Shown piece after piece: positions 56,747 through 64,000 of a DNA stretch of 64,000 bases (its first letter is position 1; each line of letters starts with the position of its first letter). The stretch covers positions 9,136 to 73,135 of the forward strand of contig JAZQAZ010000040.1 in the NCBI GenBank assembly GCA_045545475.1, in the 5' to 3' direction. The notes under the pieces are model-generated. The model was not told the origin of the DNA. It worked only from the letters and a program-made list of their open reading frames with translations, and ran no database searches. The translations under genes were made by a program, and so were the position numbers. The DNA comes from Clostridia bacterium (lineage in GTDB: Bacteria; Bacillota; Clostridia; CAKSNL01; HGM11501).

Positions 56747-57235
56747 TTATAAATCGGTCGCTATCTTCTTATAGCTCTTTATGTCAAGCTGTTCCCAGTC
56801 GGGGATTTCATAACGGTTATCGTCGGAGTCCTTGATTAAAACTCTGTTTCCGTAGATGGTTTTAATATCACTCTGACGGTTTCTTATGTCAAAGCTTCTT
56901 ATGCCTCTGTCGGTTTCAACTGTCCATTTAAGTATACCATATTTTTCTTCTCTGTCAAGTATTCTGCTTATCTTAGGAATAAGGTAATACTCCCTCAGTG
57001 CATCTTCCACCGCTTCCTTAGACTCTTTCATCAATGTGTCAAGGTTTCTTATAACCGCAATTTCCTTTCCCTCGGAATCAAGCATAGTTATATACCTTCT
57101 CGGTCCCGATATGGGGAAAAGAGACCTTACTTCCACATCCTCATATTTTCTGCCGTCGTAAAATTCGAGATTTACCGTATAGGCATTTCCCCTTGTAATT
57201 CTGACTTCATCGGAGTCTATATATTGTCTTGCCAT
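56747..57235 (-). CDS. DUF1854-like protein
   Basis: RSLFPIS..YIT, YYLIPKISRI, WTVETDRG, IKDSDDNRYEIPD. Confidence 0.75.
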   Translation of the reverse strand: MARQYIDSDEVRITRGNAYTVNLEFYDGRKYEDVEVRSLFPISGPRRYITMLDSEGKEIAVIRNLDTLMKESKEAVEDALREYYLIPKISRILDREEKYGILKWTVETDRGIRSFDIRNRQSDIKTIYGNRVLIKDSDDNRYEIPDWEQLDIKSYKKIATDL

Positions 57236-57248
57236 TTTTAATCCCTCC

Positions 57249-59522
57249 TTAGTCAAGTGTGATTTCGTCGCTTCTTGAATTAAGCGACTGAATCTTAATG
57301 AGCTTATAATACTTGCCCTTCTTCGCCATAAGCTCATCGTGGCTTCCGTTTTCAATTATTCTTCCCTTGTCAACAACTAAAATTCTGTTTGCCTTTCTCA
57401 GGGTTGAAAGTCTGTGGGCAATCATAAATGTGGTTCTTCCGCTTATCAGGTTGTCAATAGCCTTCTGAATCATTTCTTCGGTTTCCGAGTCAACCGCAGC
57501 GGTTGCTTCATCGAATATCAGAATACCGGGATTTTTAAGAATTGCTCTTGCAATGGAAATTCTCTGTCTTTCACCGCCGGACAAACCTACACCACGCTCG
57601 CCCAGCATAGAGTCATATGCATCGGGCTGCATTATGATAAAGTCGTGAGCATTGGCAACATCCGCCGCGTGCATAACCGCTTCGGGAGGAGCCTCGGGAT
57701 CGCCATAGGCAATGTTGTTGTAAATGGTATCAGAGAACATCATAGGCTCCTGCTGAACATAGCCGATGCTTCCTCTGTAATGCTGAATATCCATATCACG
57801 GACATCCACGCCGTCAACATAAATATTACCTTCGTAGTTGTCATAGTAGCGCATTAAAAGATTTATAAGTGTTGACTTACCGCTGCCCGTAGTACCAACA
57901 ATACCCACTATTTCACCGGGCTGTATCTCAAAGTTTACATCGTGCAATACCTTTTTAGTCTTATCAAATGAGAAGTTGACGTTTCTGAACTCTACCTTAC
58001 CCTTGATATGCTCAAGCTTTATTGCATCTTCCTTATCAACTTCTGGTTCTGCATCGATTATATCCATAATACGCTCAATTGAAGAAAGGGTTGACTGCCA
58101 GGTATTACCCAATGATGCAAAGAACTGTATAGGATGATAGAACATAGACGTATAGGAAATAAAGGAAACAAGGTCACCTGCCGTCAGGTTCCAGTCCGCA
58201 ACGCCGGTTTCAACATCTATTACCCAGTTTCCGCCAAATGCCCATATTGCAAGGGTTCCGATGGTTATTAAAAAGCCCATAAGCTGAGGATATACGCTTG
58301 TTATTTTACTTGCTTTGATATTTGTAGTTGCCCATTCGTCATTGTACTTGACAAATTTGTTTACCGCTCTCTTTTCTCCGGCAAAGGCTTTTACCACTCT
58401 TATGCAAGGAATGCTGTCTGTAAGAATGGATGTAACGCTTGCCCATTTACGCCATATTCTTCTGTAGTAGGGAGCAACTTTTTTACCGAAGGCACGGCCA
58501 CACCATACAACAAAGGGAACGGGAATAAGAGAAATAAGCGTAAGACGCCAGTTCATTACAAGCATAGTTACCATAATACCCAGGAATAAAAGTATCTGTT
58601 GGAGTGCCGTCTGCGTCATGGTAAGCATAAAGGACTGAATGGTGGAGGTATCTCCGCCTATTCGGTTTATAACGTGACCTGTAGGAGTTTTATCATAAAA
58701 CTTCATAGGAAGGTGCTGTGCCTTTTCATAAACATCATTTCGTAGGCGGGAAACAATTTTCGTTCCGCTCCTGCTTAAAAGGAAGCCGGAAAATGCCGCC
58801 ATTCCATAGTGTACTATGTATGCAAAAAACATAAATACAACTATTATCCAGAGCATACCTCTGTCCTTATCGGGCAGAATCTGGTCGATAATCATTTTTG
58901 AGGTTAACGGAGGCAGAAGCTCAATTACAATCAGAAGGATAGAAATAAGGAAGCAACATACCAAAATAGGAATTTCCGGCTTTATGTATTTGAAAAACTT
59001 TCCTAAAACCTTGCTCTTTGACTGGCACTTGATGCAATCTGCCCCGGGATGAAGAAGCGTTCTTCCGCACTTGGGGCAAACGCACATCAGTTTTTCATAG
59101 GTTCCCTCGACGGTACGCATTTCGTCTTCGAAGGAATTTCCCGCCGCCATGTTCTTTATAAAGGTGGAAGCCATATCCATAAGGGCGGCAACCGCAAAGG
59201 TGAAGCGGGCAACAACTTCCTTGCTTCCGTCCTTTTTCGTGATTTCCATATAGGCGTTTGAGTACATTCTCTTTATGCGGGTAGATTCCACATCGGAGAT
59301 TTTATACTCCTTTGCCGTATTTTCGGAAAAATCCAAAACAAAAAACCTTTCCCTTGTTACGACAACAGCAGTCTGCCCATACTCCTGATTAAGAGTAAGG
59401 TCCCCTACAATTGCGAACAGAAAAGGTTCGTCCTTTCTTTCATACGGCTTCAAAAGCTCACCGAAAGATTCGGGAGCCGCTTTGTTGATAAGCAGTGAAT
59501 CCATATTTGACATATAAAACAC
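57249..59522 (-). CDS. ABC transporter ATP-binding/permease with N-terminal extension and CxxC..CxxC
   Basis: GTTGSGKST, LSGGERQ, FDEAT, AHRL. Confidence 0.9.
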   Translation of the reverse strand: MFYMSNMDSLLINKAAPESFGELLKPYERKDEPFLFAIVGDLTLNQEYGQTAVVVTRERFFVLDFSENTAKEYKISDVESTRIKRMYSNAYMEITKKDGSKEVVARFTFAVAALMDMASTFIKNMAAGNSFEDEMRTVEGTYEKLMCVCPKCGRTLLHPGADCIKCQSKSKVLGKFFKYIKPEIPILVCCFLISILLIVIELLPPLTSKMIIDQILPDKDRGMLWIIVVFMFFAYIVHYGMAAFSGFLLSRSGTKIVSRLRNDVYEKAQHLPMKFYDKTPTGHVINRIGGDTSTIQSFMLTMTQTALQQILLFLGIMVTMLVMNWRLTLISLIPVPFVVWCGRAFGKKVAPYYRRIWRKWASVTSILTDSIPCIRVVKAFAGEKRAVNKFVKYNDEWATTNIKASKITSVYPQLMGFLITIGTLAIWAFGGNWVIDVETGVADWNLTAGDLVSFISYTSMFYHPIQFFASLGNTWQSTLSSIERIMDIIDAEPEVDKEDAIKLEHIKGKVEFRNVNFSFDKTKKVLHDVNFEIQPGEIVGIVGTTGSGKSTLINLLMRYYDNYEGNIYVDGVDVRDMDIQHYRGSIGYVQQEPMMFSDTIYNNIAYGDPEAPPEAVMHAADVANAHDFIIMQPDAYDSMLGERGVGLSGGERQRISIARAILKNPGILIFDEATAAVDSETEEMIQKAIDNLISGRTTFMIAHRLSTLRKANRILVVDKGRIIENGSHDELMAKKGKYYKLIKIQSLNSRSDEITLD

Positions 59523-59721
59523 CTCGGTTTCTTAAAGCAGTGATGCATTGATAAATTGTAGTTCCGCTTCTGAAATTCTGAGCTTTTAAAGGCACATACT
59601 AAACCAAAAAAATGATGTTTATTTTTATTACACTATAGCAGACCTTTTTTTAGATGTCAACCCCTTTTGACAAATTTTTCTCAAAAAAATTCTGCAGGCA
59701 AAACCTGCAGAATTTATGATT

Positions 59722-60600
59722 TTATTGTTTTTCCATCGTTATTTTTATCTCGTATTTCATGTTCATTTCGGTAACCACTTTTTCATAGGTATGTTCATAA
59801 GCTCCGCCACTTACAACCCCTTCTGAATCCATTGAAACGGGAATTTTTATAACCAAGGGCTCCGCTCCGCCTGCTGCAAAAAATTTCTGTTCTGTTCCCT
59901 TCATCTGAATACACATATAGCCCTCTTCATACCATGCGGAAAAAGCTTCCGGAGTGTTTCCTAATGCAACTTGTGCACCGTCAACAATCATTTCACCGGG
60001 AATAATCATCAAAGACATGTGATTGCCACCCTCGTCAAACGCCGACGCCGCACCTGTCGAAGTTATTACTTCCGTTACGGTTTCATAATCTCCCGACACA
60101 TCGGAATCCCAGTTTTTCTTCAAGCTGTAAGAATATGTCCATCCGCCTGCAAGAGACTCAGAATTAAGAAACTTAACCTCAGGAATCTCTGTAACTTCTG
60201 ATATAACCTCTTCCGCCTCAATTTCTTCAGGCTCGTTACCCAAATATCCCATCTTATCCATGATAATAACGGTATTTTCCGCAACAAGCATAACAGCAAG
60301 AAGAATCGCAATTGCGGCCCACACCTTTCCACGTTTAAGCTTTTTTCTGATTTTTTTATCTTCCTTGAGGCTCTTTTCCTGCATATGTACGGCTAAAGGC
60401 GAAGTTCTTACTCTCTCTTCCTTTTTTTCTTCCAAAGGCTTTTCCTCTGTTTCTTCATTTGTCTCAGGTAAATTTTCTTCCGTTTCGACAGTTTCTTCTT
60501 CGATAACTTCGGTCGCCTGTTCTTCAAACAAATCTTCTCCGCATTTCTTGCAATAAGAAGTACCTTCCTTATTTTCTGTTCCGCATTTTTCGCAAAGCAT
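59722..60600 (-). CDS. Zinc-ribbon domain single-TM protein
   Basis: CEKCG...CKKCG, acidic linker, one TM. Confidence 0.7.
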   Translation of the reverse strand: MLCEKCGTENKEGTSYCKKCGEDLFEEQATEVIEEETVETEENLPETNEETEEKPLEEKKEERVRTSPLAVHMQEKSLKEDKKIRKKLKRGKVWAAIAILLAVMLVAENTVIIMDKMGYLGNEPEEIEAEEVISEVTEIPEVKFLNSESLAGGWTYSYSLKKNWDSDVSGDYETVTEVITSTGAASAFDEGGNHMSLMIIPGEMIVDGAQVALGNTPEAFSAWYEEGYMCIQMKGTEQKFFAAGGAEPLVIKIPVSMDSEGVVSGGAYEHTYEKVVTEMNMKYEIKITMEKQ

Positions 60601-60735
60601 ATAAACAATCCTTTCATTTATAATAATCAATTCTTATTTTATTATACATTATACGACAGAAAAAAGCAACAGAAAAAGAAATTTTCTGTTGCTTTTTGTT
60701 ATTTTGTAAGTTTTAACACTCTTACGCCAAAGGCC

Positions 60736-61446
60736 TCAACCTTCCGCCTCCGTATCAATTATGTAATATGCCTTTTCATTTTCGCACATCGCCTTAAGCG
60801 TGATGTATTTAATTCCGCCTGTCACATTTTCTGCACCCTTGTGGTAATGCCCCTGAAAAACATTCCTAACCTTTCCGCTTTTCTTAAATATATCTCTCAT
60901 TTTGTCATCGTTTGAAAGGCGGTGATCCTCTCTTATATTCCCGTCCACATTCTGATGCATAAAGATAAAGGCATCACCCTTCAATGCCGAAAGCTTTTCT
61001 GAAAGCTTATCTGCATAGGGGTAAAAGGTGTCCGTCCAGTCATCATCAAAGGGCATATACCTTCTGCCGTCCGCGAAATAGCAGGCATCAACAAATAAGA
61101 GGCTTTCGTTTTCCGAAATCATATCAATGGGGCGTTTGTCCTCCCCAAGATGAGAATAAAACTCATCTTCCGCAAAGGTGAAAGCATCGTGATTTCCCAT
61201 CATTATATATGTTTTTATACCCGATGAATCAATTACTTCTTTTAATTCAAGGAGGTTTTTTATTTCCTTTTCTTTGTTGTCTTCCTTGTCCGTAATGTCC
61301 CCGAGACAGATTACAAGGTCGGCTTTTTCCTTTTTGAAAAAGTCATATGCTTCCTTAATTTTTTGGAGCGATTCGCTGTTATAGCGATTGCCGCAAGTAA
61401 TTGCCGCACTTGAATAATGGGAATCCGTAAAAAGCCCGATTTTCAT
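60736..61446 (-). CDS. Calcineurin-like metallophosphoesterase
   Basis: DSH, GDITD, GNHD, GHYH. Confidence 0.9.
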   Translation of the reverse strand: MKIGLFTDSHYSSAAITCGNRYNSESLQKIKEAYDFFKKEKADLVICLGDITDKEDNKEKEIKNLLELKEVIDSSGIKTYIMMGNHDAFTFAEDEFYSHLGEDKRPIDMISENESLLFVDACYFADGRRYMPFDDDWTDTFYPYADKLSEKLSALKGDAFIFMHQNVDGNIREDHRLSNDDKMRDIFKKSGKVRNVFQGHYHKGAENVTGGIKYITLKAMCENEKAYYIIDTEAEG

Positions 61447-62771
61447 AAAATCACCTTTACATTTACACTGTCGCCCGATACTTTGTAATCTGCTTTTTCG
61501 CCCTCTATATATAAAGAAAGGCTTATATCTTTTGTTACAGCAAGGTTTTCAAGGGCTAATTTTTCTCCCCTAAGTTCCTCTGTAAGCTTCGGAGAAATAA
61601 CGATTTCCTTATTTTCAGCATCATAGCTTATACCGAAAACAACTTCAATCAAAAGCTCCAGATACTGTGATGCCGTCCAGGCATATTTAATAACCCCGTG
61701 TCCCTTTCCGTCAAAGGGATTAATAAATTCCGATAAATTGTGGTTGAAAGCTCTCACAGTTTTAAGGGCAAGGTCTGCTGCCAGTGCCTCCTCCCCCGAA
61801 TCAATGAGCCCTCTCACCACCGCTTCATTTATAAGTGTCCAGCAGTTTCCGCTCCAGCTTGCATTTCCTATATAATCACCATCTGTTGTGGTGAACATTT
61901 TATCCTTTTTCGATACCGAGGTAAGGGGAATTGTGTTTATGTTAAAATGACTGTCATCTTTAAGAAGCTTTATAAGCTTTTCCTTTTTATCTCCGTCCGC
62001 AATGCCAAAACGCAAGGGATTAAAGGTTGACGCCATAAGAATATCCACATTCTTTTTCTCTCTTAAATCATAGGGGTAATATGCTCCTGCATCTTCGTCC
62101 CAGAGATATTTGTTTATGCTTTCCTTAAGCGATGCCTTTCTTTCTTCCAGAAGCTTTGCATATTCTTCATCGCCAAGCTCTTTTGCCAGAAGTGCGGTGT
62201 AGTGGCATCCTGCAAAAATTTCCACATTTGTATCAACTGCAGCATATTCCATAGCCGAGCCTAAATAAGGAATGAAGGTTTCCTCGAAAACCGAGCTTAT
62301 AAGTCCAGTTTCTTTATGAAAACGAGAGGTATACCACCATTCCAGATACTTTTTCATCATTTCATATGCCGATTTTTTCAATGCCTCATTATCTGAACCT
62401 TTAAGCACATAATAAGTAACTTCAAAAAGCTTGGGAAGGGACGATACGCCATCAATCTGCGAAAGCTTGTTTCCGCCTGCCACCTTACTTGGCAGTGTAT
62501 CTGCTCCCCACAGGCATATTCTTCCGTCTTCTTTCTGTGATTCGATAAAATTCCAAAGGGAAGTTTCGGAAAAACAGCGGTCAATCCACTTGTAGCCAGA
62601 AAGTGCCAATGATGAATCAAGCTGCCACCATTGCCTGCCATATGCTCCCCCGGGGGTAAAATAAGGATGCATAAAGCCATACTTTTCTGCCATGGGCTGC
62701 TTGCACTCATCCAGACACTCCAATGCATAAGCTATATCTTCATTTGTAATTCCGGGAAAAATAATGTTCAT
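61443..62771 (-). CDS. GH63/trehalase-like (alpha/alpha)6 glycoside hydrolase
   Basis: QWWQLDS, YLWDEDAGAY, SWSGNCW, EFINP..G, YAWTAS. Confidence 0.7.
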   Translation of the reverse strand: MNIIFPGITNEDIAYALECLDECKQPMAEKYGFMHPYFTPGGAYGRQWWQLDSSLALSGYKWIDRCFSETSLWNFIESQKEDGRICLWGADTLPSKVAGGNKLSQIDGVSSLPKLFEVTYYVLKGSDNEALKKSAYEMMKKYLEWWYTSRFHKETGLISSVFEETFIPYLGSAMEYAAVDTNVEIFAGCHYTALLAKELGDEEYAKLLEERKASLKESINKYLWDEDAGAYYPYDLREKKNVDILMASTFNPLRFGIADGDKKEKLIKLLKDDSHFNINTIPLTSVSKKDKMFTTTDGDYIGNASWSGNCWTLINEAVVRGLIDSGEEALAADLALKTVRAFNHNLSEFINPFDGKGHGVIKYAWTASQYLELLIEVVFGISYDAENKEIVISPKLTEELRGEKLALENLAVTKDISLSLYIEGEKADYKVSGDSVNVKVIL

Positions 62772-62893
62772 ATTGCGTGCTCCTTTTTTGTGATTTTAAG
62801 GATAACTTTTATTTTTTATATTTGCACTGCTTTTCAAAACCGCCGATAAATTCCGACAAACTTTATATAAAGACTGTATAATCTAGATGCCAA

Positions 62894-64000
62894 CTATAAA
62901 TGCACTATAATACTTGAAATTCTTTTAGCACTTTCAGGAAGACTTGACAAAATAGCATATTCTTCTACAGAATGAGCTCTTTCTCCGCCAATTCCTACCG
63001 AATCGATGCACGGAATCCCATGGGAGCTGACATTTGACGCATCAGAGCCGCCTCTGCGTTCTCCGATTTCAAGAGCAGAAAGTCCGTTTGCGGTAAAAAT
63101 TTTATTAATCTTATCTAAAAGTTCCATATTTCTCTCGTTTAATTCCATGGCGGTACGCATACTTATCTGACTGACTTCGGTTTTGCAGCCTTCAACATAA
63201 TTCATATCTGCCACATTTTTAACTATCCTCTTAGCTTCTTCGTATTCTTCATTGTTGGCAAAACGAACATCCACCTTAAATATGCACGAACCCGGTACTG
63301 TGTTTGGTGTTGTCCCACCTTCTATTACACCACAATTAAACGTTAGACCTTCGTCATTTTTTATTTTTTCAAGTTCAAGAATTTTATGAGCTGCTTCGGC
63401 AATAGCATTCGCTCCTTCTTTTGCACAGTATGAGGAGTGAGATTCTATTCCTTTTACCTTGAACAAAAACCTTGCAATTCCCTTACGCTTTAAGCAGGCC
63501 TTTCCTTCAAAATATCCCTCATGTCCCTCAAGATTAAGAAATGCCATCGATTTTTTTGAACTTTCACAAATATAATCAATTGTATCCCTGCTTCCGATTT
63601 CTTCATCGGACTGAAGTATCATTTTAACGGTTTTGTCCTTATATCCCGCATCAGAAAGTGCCTTCATAGCAAGGAATCCTGCTACAACGCCCCCTTTGCA
63701 ATCCATAGCACCAGGCCCAATCAACTTATCCCCTTCCCTTTTAGCTGGTGGATTCCCGAAAAGACCCACGGGATGAACCGTATCTATGTGACCGGAAAGG
63801 GTTATAACACCGCCGGTTGCATTTCTGTTCATAATCACAGTAACAACATCGCCGAAATCCTCGAATTTTTTAATTTCGATTTCCCATCCATTTTTATTTG
63901 AAAGCTCAATAAAATACCTACCTACTTCATCCACTCTATCTTTTTCAAGCGAAGGACTTTCTATATTTACAACATCTTCCAAAATATTAATATATTCATC
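62894..64000 (-). CDS. M20-family metallopeptidase (glutamate carboxypeptidase-like); 5' end beyond window
   Basis: GHIDTV, GPGAMDCKGG, DEEIGS, GGSDA, AHSVEE. Confidence 0.88.
   Translation of the reverse strand, partial: DEYINILEDVVNIESPSLEKDRVDEVGRYFIELSNKNGWEIEIKKFEDFGDVVTVIMNRNATGGVITLSGHIDTVHPVGLFGNPPAKREGDKLIGPGAMDCKGGVVAGFLAMKALSDAGYKDKTVKMILQSDEEIGSRDTIDYICESSKKSMAFLNLEGHEGYFEGKACLKRKGIARFLFKVKGIESHSSYCAKEGANAIAEAAHKILELEKIKNDEGLTFNCGVIEGGTTPNTVPGSCIFKVDVRFANNEEYEEAKRIVKNVADMNYVEGCKTEVSQISMRTAMELNERNMELLDKINKIFTANGLSALEIGERRGGSDASNVSSHGIPCIDSVGIGGERAHSVEEYAILSSLPESAKRISSIIVHL

Overview
Low-GC Clostridia-type (Firmicutes) chromosome segment. Bases 1 to ~14,050 are the integrase/immunity/early-gene end of a temperate phage-like element next to the 3' end of tRNA-Lys(UUU). 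It carries a tyrosine integrase, a cargo SF1 helicase, ImmA, CI/Cro with three operators, an Xis-like HTH, a ParB-like protein, YopX, ASCH, an HUH Rep-like protein and a Com-like Zn ribbon. The rest is mostly housekeeping DNA: two tRNA clusters, secA, prfB, MarR-ABC-ABC, tag, hrcA-grpE-dnaK-dnaJ with CIRCE, clpP, and metabolic and secreted glycan-active genes. It is interrupted by an intact IS1595-family element with a passenger gene (25-bp TIRs, 8-bp TSD). The most unusual signals are non-coding: (1) three stand-alone promoter + hairpin small-RNA cassettes; (2) between two of them, a 28-bp copy of the tRNA-Lys anticodon arm with its 7-nt loop inverted; (3) a dispersed ~120-bp structured repeat family with extensive compensatory covariation; (4) a prophage tRNA-mimic RNA with a ~100-nt structured insert; (5) repeated tRNA 3'-end/terminator units behind tRNA-Ser and tRNA-Ile2. 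All protein calls come from motif recognition by eye; no searches were run.
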